Origin: Candidatus Pacearchaeota archaeon
GTDB taxonomy: Archaea > Nanobdellota > Nanobdellia > Pacearchaeales > GW2011-AR1
Direction of reading: 5' to 3'
DNA: 64,000 nt
NCBI GenBank assembly: GCA_018304025.1
Contig: JAGVXA010000001.1
Coordinates: forward strand, 2,431-66,430
The notes under the pieces were generated by a model. That model was given only the letters and a program-made list of their open reading frames with translations, was not told the origin of the DNA and ran no database searches. This document shows positions 47,700 through 56,303 of the stretch, piece after piece. A program made the translations under genes and the position numbers. The number at the start of each line of letters is the position of its first letter. The first letter of the stretch is position 1.

Positions 47700-48650
47700 A
47701 TGCACGCTCCTAAAATAACTGTTATTGCATGCACTTACAACAACGCTGATATGGTGCGAAAATGTCTTGATTCTATATTGAAACAAACTTACAAAAATTT
47801 TGAAGTTTTGTGCATGGAGGGCATGAGCAAGGATAATACTCCTGAAGTTGTTAGAGAGTTTGAGAAAAAAGACAAAAGAGTAAAAGTTTTTCTTAATAAA
47901 ACTGGAACTGTGGAGGGAAGAGGAAAAGCAAAATGGAGAGGTTTTAGGATGGCGGATGGAGAAATTGTCGGAGTTATTGACTCGGATAATATTCTACAAG
48001 ATGAAAAATTTTTTGAGAAAGTTGTGACGGGATTTAAAAAAGAAAAAAATGTAATTGGTGTTTTGGGCGGGACAGTAAATGACAGAAGAGATTCTTTTGT
48101 TGTACGTTTTGTTTCTTTGCTTGGAACAGATCCTTTTTTTGCTTATCGCTCTTTGGATTTTTTGAGAAATTTTCGTGAAAAAAAAGGAGGAGATTATGAA
48201 ATCTTTTTCAATAAAAGAGACAATATGACTCTTACCGGGGGAAATGTTTTTTTCTATAAGAAAGAAGATATTGAAAGTATCTGCGGTTATGACCAAGATA
48301 TTATCAGCGTGAAAAAAAGCATTGAGCGCGGAAAAGATAAAATCTTGATAGTGAATAATGCAACAAAGCATTATACTGAAAAAAATATGCGGAGATTTGT
48401 CAAGAAGCTATTGCTTGGAAAGATGTATTTTAAGGAAGCTGAAGACAGACTGAATTATTTACCGACGACAAAACTTGAAAGGGATACATTACTGAAAAAT
48501 TTGATATTTAATGTTTTAATTTTACCGAATTTTTATTATGCTTTTAAAATATTTAAAAAATCCAAAGATCCTGTCACATTCTTGTTTCCATTTCTCGCCT
48601 TTGTCACAACTTTCTTCTATGGTTTAATTTTTTTAAGACAAAGAATTTGA
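47700..48650 (+). CDS. GT2 glycosyltransferase
   Basis: CTYN, CLDSILKQTY, GMSKDNT, IDSDN. Confidence 0.85.
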   Translation: MHAPKITVIACTYNNADMVRKCLDSILKQTYKNFEVLCMEGMSKDNTPEVVREFEKKDKRVKVFLNKTGTVEGRGKAKWRGFRMADGEIVGVIDSDNILQDEKFFEKVVTGFKKEKNVIGVLGGTVNDRRDSFVVRFVSLLGTDPFFAYRSLDFLRNFREKKGGDYEIFFNKRDNMTLTGGNVFFYKKEDIESICGYDQDIISVKKSIERGKDKILIVNNATKHYTEKNMRRFVKKLLLGKMYFKEAEDRLNYLPTTKLERDTLLKNLIFNVLILPNFYYAFKIFKKSKDPVTFLFPFLAFVTTFFYGLIFLRQRI

Positions 48651-48736
48651 TTGAACACCTTCTTTGCTTGCAATCGAGTTATTATCTATAATATACTATA
48701 ACAAAGAATAAAAACGGGAAATTGCCTTTTTGAGAA

Positions 48737-50245
48737 ATGGCAAAGAAAGGGTATTTGGCATTTGACTTGGGCGCTGGTTCTGGAAGAGCGATTTTAGGAA
48801 CTCTTGAAGATGGCAGACTTGAATTAGAAGAGGTGCATCGTTTTGAAAATGCTGTTAAGAGCGAAAACGGCGGGCTTTATTGGGACGCTGAAAATTTATT
48901 TGATAATTTAATTGGAGGGCTGAGGAAAGGAGGGGAATTTGCCAGACAGAAAAATATTCGGCTGGCTTCTGTTGGTGTTGACACTTGGGGAGTAGATTAT
49001 GCTTTGATTGGAGAAGACGGCAGATTAGTTTCTCCGCTAAGAAATTACAGAGACAAAAGAAATCCTTCTGCCATGGAAGAAGTTTTGGCGGAAGTCGGAA
49101 AGGAAGAGATTTATTCTATCACGGGAATTCAGTTTATGCCGATAAATACTTTGTATCAACTCAGGGCTCACCAGAAAATAGATCCTGAAGCGATAAAAAG
49201 AACCCGGAGATTTTTTATGATGCCTGACTTGATGCATTATTTTTTATCCGGCAAGGAAACAAATGAAATTACAATCGCTTCAACAAGCCAGATGCTGGAG
49301 GCAAACACGCCGAAGGTCTGGTCTAAAAAATTGATTGGGCTGACGGGCTTGAGAGAAGATGCTTTTGGAGAACTGATTAATCCTGGGACTTATATTGGGA
49401 ATGTTCGGAGAGAAATTGCTGAAAGAGCTGGTATTTCCGGAGACGTGAAAGTGATTGTTCCTGCGAGCCACGATACTGCCGGAGCTGTAATCGCTGCTCC
49501 TGTCACTTCTGATAAAAACTGGTGCTATATTTCCAGCGGAACATGGTCGCTGTTTGGCGCAGAACTGCCGACGCCCAAAGTTGATATTGCTTCTTTTGAA
49601 TCTGGTTTTGCTAACGAAGCAGGAATTAATGGAACTACAAGGATGTTGAAAAATGTTCAGGGAATGTGGTTTTTTCAACAGTGCGGAGCGCATTACGGAA
49701 GAGATAATCCTGGTGAATTATTGGAACAAGCTCAGAAAGCGAGAGAAATAGATTGCGTCATAGATCCTGATTCTCTGAGATTTTCTCAGCACGGAAATAT
49801 GCCCTTGAAAATTCAAAGATTTGCCGAAGACAGCGGGCAGGACATCCCGCTGACAGAAGGAGAAGTTGTAAAAGTGTGCGGACAGAGTTTGGCTGTGGCT
49901 TACAGACATGTGCTGGATAAATTAGAAGGATTGTTGGAAAAAAGATTTGAAACGATTCATATTATCGGAGGAGGAGCTTATAATTATCTGGTTAATCAGA
50001 TGACTGCTGACGCTACCGGCAGAAGAGTTGTTGCCGGGCCGTATGAGGGTTCATCTATTGGAAATGTTTTGACGCAGGCGATGGGCGACGGCAAAATTGA
50101 AAATTTAGAAGAGGCAAGGAGAATTGTCGCCGCGTCTTTTGAAACAAAAGTTTATGAGCCTAAAAAGATAAATGCGAATTGGGAGAATTTATTAGGAAAT
50201 TATTGCACGCTGGTTAGACTAAGAAGAGAATTAGAAAAGTCCTAA
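48737..50245 (+). CDS. Rhamnulokinase-like FGGY carbohydrate kinase
   Basis: LAFDLGAGSGR, VDTWGVDY, TGIQFMPINTLYQL, SHDTA, ISSGTWSLFG, NQMTADATG. Confidence 0.92.
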   Translation: MAKKGYLAFDLGAGSGRAILGTLEDGRLELEEVHRFENAVKSENGGLYWDAENLFDNLIGGLRKGGEFARQKNIRLASVGVDTWGVDYALIGEDGRLVSPLRNYRDKRNPSAMEEVLAEVGKEEIYSITGIQFMPINTLYQLRAHQKIDPEAIKRTRRFFMMPDLMHYFLSGKETNEITIASTSQMLEANTPKVWSKKLIGLTGLREDAFGELINPGTYIGNVRREIAERAGISGDVKVIVPASHDTAGAVIAAPVTSDKNWCYISSGTWSLFGAELPTPKVDIASFESGFANEAGINGTTRMLKNVQGMWFFQQCGAHYGRDNPGELLEQAQKAREIDCVIDPDSLRFSQHGNMPLKIQRFAEDSGQDIPLTEGEVVKVCGQSLAVAYRHVLDKLEGLLEKRFETIHIIGGGAYNYLVNQMTADATGRRVVAGPYEGSSIGNVLTQAMGDGKIENLEEARRIVAASFETKVYEPKKINANWENLLGNYCTLVRLRRELEKS

Positions 50246-50305
50246 TTTTTATGTTGATAAATAAATTATATAAATGTTTAAAACATAGTAAAGACAAGAA
50301 AAAAG

Positions 50306-50845
50306 ATGAGCGAAAAGAGAGAGACAAAGCAAAAGATTCTTGGTCTTGAGGAGTTGGAGAAATTTAGAGAGGAAAATTCGGACAAAAAAATTGTTTTTAC
50401 TGTCGGGTGTTTTGATATTATTCACAAAGGGCATATTTTTTTCCTTAATCAGTGCGCTCAAATAGGGGACTTGCTGGTTGTTGGACTGGCGGCAGATTCT
50501 ACTGTGAAATTGCTGAAGGGTTCGAATAGACCGATTAATTCAGAAGCGAATCGACTTCATCTCATCGCTTCGTTACAAGATGTAGATTACGCGATTCTGC
50601 ATCCAGACATGGTTGCAACTGGAAGACGAGAAGAATATTTGACTACGAAAATAGACTTTAAAGAAATTTTAGAGAAATTAAGGCCGGATTATTTTGCGCT
50701 CGGTTATGACACGGTTTCTGCTGAGAACAAAATAAAAATGTGCAAAGAATTGGGTGTTAATTTACATGTTATTTCTCAAAGCGTTAATGAAGAAGACAAG
50801 CCAATTTCCTCGACGGGAATCATTGAAAAAGCTCGTAAAAATTAA
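50306..50845 (+). CDS. RfaE domain II / TagD-like adenylyl/cytidylyltransferase
   Basis: VFTVGCFDIIHKGH, LKGSNRPIN, SSTGII. Confidence 0.88.
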   Translation: MSEKRETKQKILGLEELEKFREENSDKKIVFTVGCFDIIHKGHIFFLNQCAQIGDLLVVGLAADSTVKLLKGSNRPINSEANRLHLIASLQDVDYAILHPDMVATGRREEYLTTKIDFKEILEKLRPDYFALGYDTVSAENKIKMCKELGVNLHVISQSVNEEDKPISSTGIIEKARKN

Positions 50846-50906
50846 ATGAAACAATTTACAGCTACGAAAAATTTATTAATGCTAAATTCGCCGGAGGTTG
50901 TATCAA

Positions 50907-51413
50907 ATGAAACTTAACTTGGGCTGCGGAGACACGATATTAAAAGGGTTTGTAAACGTAGACATAGTTAAAAGAAAAGACGTGACTGTGTGCAACTTAG
51001 ACAAATTTCCCCTGCCTTGGAAAAATAATTCTGTTGATTATATTTTTTGCTCTCATTTGCTGGAACATCTTAATGACCCGATAAATTTTGTGCTGGAACT
51101 TCACAGGATTTCCAAGCCCGGAGCTGTAATTAATATGATTGTGCCGCATTTTAGCTTCTGCGCGTCTTATGCTGAATTGTCACATAAGAGGCCGGGTGTT
51201 TCTTATCTTGCTTTTGGATATCCTGAATGGAACAAAGAATTTGAAGGCAAATTTAAAGTAACAACCAAGCTTAATTTTACGAGGGTAAATTCTAAATGGT
51301 TGAATCATATTTTTAATCCGATTATAAATCTCTCTCCGATTTTATACGAAAGATTTTTCTGCTATCTTCTTCCGTGCTCGGAAGTTCAATTTAGACTGAA
51401 GGTAATAAAATAA
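50907..51413 (+). CDS. Class I SAM-dependent methyltransferase (type 11)
   Basis: MKLNLGCG, GFVNVD, SHLLEHL, KPG; GGAGG RBS. Confidence 0.9.
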   Translation: MKLNLGCGDTILKGFVNVDIVKRKDVTVCNLDKFPLPWKNNSVDYIFCSHLLEHLNDPINFVLELHRISKPGAVINMIVPHFSFCASYAELSHKRPGVSYLAFGYPEWNKEFEGKFKVTTKLNFTRVNSKWLNHIFNPIINLSPILYERFFCYLLPCSEVQFRLKVIK

Positions 51414-51417
51414 TTGC

Positions 51418-52941
51418 TTAAAATTTTTTGTAGACAATAAAGGCAGGCTGTGTTTTTTGCGCGTCGAAGAAAAATCCGTTTATCGGCTGCCATTTGGTTT
51501 GATTAGATTGTATGTACTCTAAGACATAATCTGGAGAAGGCCTGTATGCGTTGTAAATAAAATAATCTGCGTCGATAGTATTCATGTCGGAAATGTTTTC
51601 TTTGGCGACGTCTTCGAGATATTTTCTTTCTGCGTAATACACTGCGTATGGGCCTGTTCCCCTGCCAAGAAGTGTACTATCTTCGGGAGTGTTTAATTTG
51701 ATCCATTCAAATCCTTTTCTTTCGTAGAGAAAACTCTGCTGTTTATCCTTGATTATGCTATCTGCGTATTTTACTTCTTGGTAGGCGCCGAAAGCTAAAA
51801 CTCCGAGGAGAACAACGAGTGCAATCTGCTTGTTATATTTTTTGACAGATTCGTAAACAAAATCTGCTCCAATGCCTGCGATTGAGACAAAGGTTATGGA
51901 GATTGGCATAAAATACCTGTCCTCTGCTCCTCTTACTGAAAATATGAAGAAGGAGAAAAAGACGATGAACAAGAGAGATGTTAAAAGATGAGCTTTGAGT
52001 TTTTGTTTTTTGGCTATTAAGTCGTAACCTACAAACAATTCAAACAAAGTCATGGCTGCACCGACGATGAAAAAAACGAAGAAGGGAGTTTTTAGAAAAA
52101 CTAGAATAAATTTTAGAAGATTAAATGCGATTGGGGCTCTTGGCTGGCCGGTGTCTTTGCCGTAATATTCTCCGCTTAACAATGCTGGGAAAATATTGCC
52201 TGAATTTGCGTAGTTATATACAAAAAAAATCAGTATTGGCAAAACACCAATCAATCCGGCAATCCAGAATTTTTTATTTTTTAACAAGTCTGTCCGCCAA
52301 GTCAGAAAGAGAAATGCGAGATAGGCGAAAAAGATAACGCCGATTGGATATCTCATAAAAGTTGCGAGGGATAGCAATAAGATTGAGAGTCCGAAATATT
52401 TTGCGTTGAATTCCGGCTGCTGGGACTTGATGAAAAAATAAATGCTGGGGAATACAAAAGCTAATGCTGAATTATCGGCGAGAAGTCTTGCTGTGTAAAA
52501 TAGATTTACCCAGATTGCTGAAAAAATAAATGTTGAGATCAGTGCTATTTTTTTTCCGTATAATTCTTTTGAAATAAGATAGACAAAGAAAACTGCAATT
52601 ATCGACGGTAAAAACTGGAGCAAGAATCTGACTCCGATTTCTCCGAAACCGATTTTAAGGAGCGCTGCCCAGAGGATTGGAAAAAGAAGGGGACGGATAA
52701 AAGTTTCGTGCTGGATGAGATAAGTGTCGCTCCATCTTCCATCGAGTATGAAATTTTTGGCGAGGGAGCCGTATGCTGCTTCGTCCCACCACAATGGCTG
52801 GGATTTCGTCATAACAAAATAATAGATTCGTATTGCGAATGCAAAAATTAAAATTCCGACTAATGCGAGATTGTAGGGATTTTTCAACCAGTTTTGTATT
52901 TTTTCTTTTCTTTCTTTTGTTTTTTTTTCCTCGTCTTCCAT
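51418..52941 (-). CDS. GT-C fold (PMT/GT39/ArnT-like) glycosyltransferase
   Basis: QPLWWDEAAY, RPLLFP, RYFMP; many TMs. Confidence 0.88.
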   Translation of the reverse strand: MEDEEKKTKERKEKIQNWLKNPYNLALVGILIFAFAIRIYYFVMTKSQPLWWDEAAYGSLAKNFILDGRWSDTYLIQHETFIRPLLFPILWAALLKIGFGEIGVRFLLQFLPSIIAVFFVYLISKELYGKKIALISTFIFSAIWVNLFYTARLLADNSALAFVFPSIYFFIKSQQPEFNAKYFGLSILLLSLATFMRYPIGVIFFAYLAFLFLTWRTDLLKNKKFWIAGLIGVLPILIFFVYNYANSGNIFPALLSGEYYGKDTGQPRAPIAFNLLKFILVFLKTPFFVFFIVGAAMTLFELFVGYDLIAKKQKLKAHLLTSLLFIVFFSFFIFSVRGAEDRYFMPISITFVSIAGIGADFVYESVKKYNKQIALVVLLGVLAFGAYQEVKYADSIIKDKQQSFLYERKGFEWIKLNTPEDSTLLGRGTGPYAVYYAERKYLEDVAKENISDMNTIDADYFIYNAYRPSPDYVLEYIQSNQTKWQPINGFFFDAQKTQPAFIVYKKF

Positions 52942-52975
52942 GGCGTATTTAGAAATAAGGGTTTTTTATTAGTTT

Positions 52976-54250
52976 CTATTCGCCCTCGAATTTTACAATC
53001 GAGAAAACAGGCCATCTTGAAAGTTTTTTTCTGCCGTTTAATTCGGGGAGTTCGATGACGAATGCGACTTCCTCGATTCTGCCGCCCAGCCTTTCTACCA
53101 AATTACAAGTGGCTTGCGCTGTACCGCCTGTTGCAATTAAATCGTCGATTACCAAAACGTTTTGCCCCGGAGAGATTGCGTCCTTGTGAATTTCAATTGC
53201 GTCTGTGCCGTATTCCAACTGATATTCTTCTTTTATCGTCGGTGCTGGAAGCTTGCCGGGTTTTCTTACGGGGATGAATCCGACGCCTAATCGCATTGCC
53301 AAGATTCCGCCGATGATGAATCCCCTTGATTCAATACCTGCTATGACGTCGATATTTTTATTTTTGTAGCGATTGCATAATATTTCCGTTACTTTTTCCA
53401 TTCCTTCGGGGTCTTTCAGCAAAGTTGTTATGTCTCTGAACATGACTCCGGGCTTTGGGAAATGCGGAATTGTTCTTATTTTTGATTTGATTATTGCTTC
53501 GTCCTGGTTTGCGATTTTGGGGATGACTGTTATTAATAATTTTTTTACTTTGTCTGCATTTTGGCTGAAGACTTTTAAAATTTCGTCCCAGCTGACTGGC
53601 TCCACGTCGTCAAAAAGGCAGTCGAAATCAGTTGACATTGCGATTGCCGCGTAAGGAATTTGCGCTTCGTTCGCAAGAATTGCTTCGGGCGCGATTGACA
53701 TGTTGATTACATCTGCTCCCCACGCCCTGAACATTTTGGATTCTGCTTTTGTTGAAAATCGCGGGCCTTCGATTGTAATGACTGTTCCTTTTTCGTGAGT
53801 TCTGAAATTTAATTCTTCAGACGCTTTGATTATTGCCTGCCTTAATTCTTCGCTGAACGGAGATGCCATCGGCGTGTGTTTTGGTTCGTTGGGAAACGAG
53901 TCGTAAAAAGTTAATTTGCGGTGCCTTGTGAAATCTATGAATTGGTCGAGTATTACAAAGTCGCCGCGCTCTATTTCTTTTCTCAGACTGCCGCAGGCTG
54001 TTGTTGAAATGATGTGGGTGCATCCCAATGATTTTAGAGTGTAGATGTTTGCCTTGTTGTTTATTTGCGTTGGAGGATACTGGTGCTTGGAGCCGTGCCT
54101 TGCCAAGATAGCTACTTCTGTTCCTTGGATTTTTCCTAATGTTATTTTTGAAGATGGTTTTCCGTAAGGAGTTTCAACTTCTTTTTCTTCGTAGTTTTGG
54201 AGGAGTTTTGGGTCGTCTAGTCCGGAGCCGCCGATGATTCCTATTTTCAT
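52976..54250 (-). CDS. Fusion of methylthioadenosine phosphorylase and adenine phosphoribosyltransferase
   Basis: N-terminal IGIIGGSG, TPYG, RHG, EGPRFST, NMS (MTAP); C-terminal FPKPGVMFRDIT, ESRGF, RKPGKLP, IDDLIATGGT (APRT); single ORF. Confidence 0.93.
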   Translation of the reverse strand: MKIGIIGGSGLDDPKLLQNYEEKEVETPYGKPSSKITLGKIQGTEVAILARHGSKHQYPPTQINNKANIYTLKSLGCTHIISTTACGSLRKEIERGDFVILDQFIDFTRHRKLTFYDSFPNEPKHTPMASPFSEELRQAIIKASEELNFRTHEKGTVITIEGPRFSTKAESKMFRAWGADVINMSIAPEAILANEAQIPYAAIAMSTDFDCLFDDVEPVSWDEILKVFSQNADKVKKLLITVIPKIANQDEAIIKSKIRTIPHFPKPGVMFRDITTLLKDPEGMEKVTEILCNRYKNKNIDVIAGIESRGFIIGGILAMRLGVGFIPVRKPGKLPAPTIKEEYQLEYGTDAIEIHKDAISPGQNVLVIDDLIATGGTAQATCNLVERLGGRIEEVAFVIELPELNGRKKLSRWPVFSIVKFEGE

Positions 54251-54375
54251 TTTTTTTGGAAAGGGAATTAATTAATAAAGATATATGAGATTTGATTTGA
54301 CGAGGGGGATGTTGCTACTTTTGGAGGGGACAGGGGTTTAGAAAGGTTTAAAAAAGAAAAGTTTGGGATGGGATT

Positions 54376-54474
54376 ATGAAGAAAAAAATTGAAGAAGAAT
54401 ATAACGAAGATGATTCGGTGAATGCAGAGGAGTTGTTTGATAGTTTGGACGAGGAGATTCTTGAGGAAGATTAG
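54376..54474 (+). CDS. 32-aa acidic microprotein
   Basis: Manual translation MKKKIEEEYNEDDSVNAEELFDSLDEEILEED; GAAAGGTTTAAAA promoter-like element upstream. Confidence 0.5.
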   Translation: MKKKIEEEYNEDDSVNAEELFDSLDEEILEED

Positions 54475-54571
54475 TTTATTTGGGAAGAGATTAATTAATA
54501 GAATATAATCCTGATGAGTTGTGATTTTAGTTTTAGATAATTTGATTAATCTAAAAAGAACACATCTATAT

Positions 54572-54650
54572 GGTAAGTGCGTCCGTCAGTCCTATTAACC
54601 GCATCATCGCAAAGCGAGCACGGGGTTCGTCAGGTCGCGTTCCCCTATGG
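54572..54650 (-). ncRNA. Candidate structured small RNA (C/D-box-like motifs)
   Basis: GC-rich island about 23 nt downstream of a BRE/TATA-like element; two CTGA boxes and an ATGATG box; GGGG/CCCC and TCGC/GCGA stems. Confidence 0.45.
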
Positions 54651-54810
54651 TTTTATTGAGTATTATAGAGCATTTATGTTTTGCGGTTTTTGGGAATTTG
54701 AATTTTGGAGGATTTGATTTGGGGAGAATGGAGATTGTGACGTCGATTGGGGAGTTGAGAGGGGAGTTTGGATAGGGAGAGATTAAATTATTTGAAAAAA
54801 TTAAAATAAC

Positions 54811-54930
54811 TGGGCAATGCCCCATCAACCCATATAAAAGACCTGCACGATTGCAGATAGCATTTTATACAGTCCGTTTTTTGAGTATAAGCACTTTAAC
54901 TATTCTGATAGAATAGCCGTTAATGCTAAT
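54811..54930 (-). ncRNA. Candidate structured small RNA (three-way junction plus hairpins)
   Basis: TAGCATT/AATGCTA closing CTATTCT/AGAATAG and TTATAC/GTATAA; then CTGCA/TGCAG and GGGC/GCCC; downstream of a near-identical promoter. Confidence 0.45.
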
Positions 54931-54971
54931 GTTATATTTAGCGGGGAGAGGTTTTTATATTTTGCGGTTTG

Positions 54972-55098
54972 GAGGGATTTATTTTTTGAGGGATTGAATT
55001 TGGTTGGGGGTTTTGTTTTTTGGGGAGGGGGTTTGGGGTTGGGGGATTTATTTTTAGGAGCGGGTTGGGGGTTTTGTTTTTTGGGGGAGGGAGTTTGG
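54972..55098 (+). repeat. G/T-rich degenerate tandem duplication with multiple G-tracts
   Basis: GGTTGGGGGTTTTGTTTTTTGGGG and GGGATTTATTTTT each occur twice; almost no C. Confidence 0.75.
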
Positions 55099-55164
55099 AT
55101 TGAAAAAACACAGATTATTCTTTTAACCAAAAGCATTAAATAGCAGTGTGCACAATGTATACAC

Positions 55165-55875
55165 ATGCAAAAACAAGAACAAATAACGCGAAAAGTGAAA
55201 CGGGCTGGAAACGGTGCACACGTGTTTGTGCCGAAGGGGTGGGCGGGCGAAGAAGTTACTCTTATTAGACAGCCGCTTCCACCTGTAGAGGAAAGAATAC
55301 TTAATGTGCTGAAACATTATCTGGAAGGAATAGTTGGAATTTATTTGTACGGCTCTTATGCAAGAGGTGAAGCAGTAAAGGGTTCAGACGTAGATATTTT
55401 AGTTATTACAAATAAAAAGATAAATATAAAAGAAGATAATTATGAAATTGTCTGCTTGACTGAAGACGAAATTGAGAAAGCGATAAAAATTTCTCCGGTT
55501 CTGATTTATTCTGCTATGAAAGAGGCGAGATCTATTGTGAATTCAAAACTTTTGGAAGAGCTGAGAAAAAAGCATCCTATCAATGAGAAATATTTCAAAG
55601 ATTATCTAAAAGAAACCAAAAGAATTATTGAAATTAACGAAGATTTGCTTGACAGATATTCTATTGTTTTGAGACTTAGAGGGATTTTTATAATCAAGCA
55701 ACTTTTGAAAGAGAGGGAATATTCACATAGAGAATTCAAGCGGTGGATTTCTAAGAATTCGGAAGTTGGAGGAAATGATGTTCTTGACAAAAAGAAAAAA
55801 CTAAGTGAAAAAGAATTGAGATCTCTTCTTTCTTTATTGAAAAAATCTGTTACGGATTTAGAAGGCAAATTATGA
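55165..55875 (+). CDS. DUF2080/AbrB-like domain fused to a minimal nucleotidyltransferase (MNT)
   Basis: KVKRAGNGAHVFVPKGWAGEEV; LYGSYARGE...SDVDILV. Confidence 0.85.
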   Translation: MQKQEQITRKVKRAGNGAHVFVPKGWAGEEVTLIRQPLPPVEERILNVLKHYLEGIVGIYLYGSYARGEAVKGSDVDILVITNKKINIKEDNYEIVCLTEDEIEKAIKISPVLIYSAMKEARSIVNSKLLEELRKKHPINEKYFKDYLKETKRIIEINEDLLDRYSIVLRLRGIFIIKQLLKEREYSHREFKRWISKNSEVGGNDVLDKKKKLSEKELRSLLSLLKKSVTDLEGKL

Positions 55876-56060
55876 AACGTGAAAAGAGGCTTGAGAAAGC
55901 GATTGATTCCTTGGAAGAGCAAAAAAGACTGCACGAAGGAAAAAAGAAAGTTGCTGAAGAGCTGGGGCAGGAGGATTTGGTTAGGTATTATGACAAAGAG
56001 ATTAAGTCTCTTGAGGAGAGAAGGAAGGATAGGGAAGAGAAGTTGAAGAGGAAGGATTAA
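55872..56060 (+). CDS. Small charged helical-hairpin protein
   Basis: 62 aa; ATGA overlap with the MNT gene. Confidence 0.7.
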   Translation: MKREKRLEKAIDSLEEQKRLHEGKKKVAEELGQEDLVRYYDKEIKSLEERRKDREEKLKRKD

Positions 56061-56122
56061 GTGTTATTCTAAAGTGATTACAAATGGAAAGGTTTAAATA
56101 AGTGGTAGTGGCTTGTATATAC

Positions 56123-56281
56123 ATGGTGAAAATCCATGAAGTAACGCGCGATAGAAGAAAGAATGTGGTTATGAGTATTCGAACTACACAGGAGATTTCT
56201 GAGTTTATGAAGGAAAAGGATATTTCGCCTAGTTTGGTTTTTCATAAGGCGATTGAGGAACTGATGGAGAAGGAAAAATGA
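56123..56281 (+). CDS. 52-aa ribbon-helix-helix-like DNA-binding protein
   Basis: Manual translation MVKIHEVTRDRRKNVVMSIRTTQEISEFMKEKDISPSLVFHKAIEELMEKEK; promoter GAAAGGTTTAAATA upstream. Confidence 0.65.
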   Translation: MVKIHEVTRDRRKNVVMSIRTTQEISEFMKEKDISPSLVFHKAIEELMEKEK

Positions 56282-56303
56282 AAGGAGAGAAATTCAATTT
56301 ATC

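Noticed and set aside
54600..54650. GGGGTTCG and GTCAGGTC suggesting a tRNA T-loop or SRP RNA
   Set aside because: No cloverleaf or TTCGANTC, and no GGAA-GG-AGCA helix-8 continuation
54811..54930. Possible 5S rRNA or hammerhead ribozyme; GACCTGCACGA resembles a 23S rRNA segment
   Set aside because: Lacks the 5S CCGAAC/GAAGTTAAG motifs and the CUGANGA/GAAA core; the 11-mer has no adjacent D box and may be chance
54604..55317. Minus-strand ORFs 54604-54828, 54900-55166 and 55123-55317
   Set aside because: The first two are Pro/Lys/Asn-rich translations of the low-complexity G/T tracts and run through the promoter-like motifs; the third is antisense to the MNT gene
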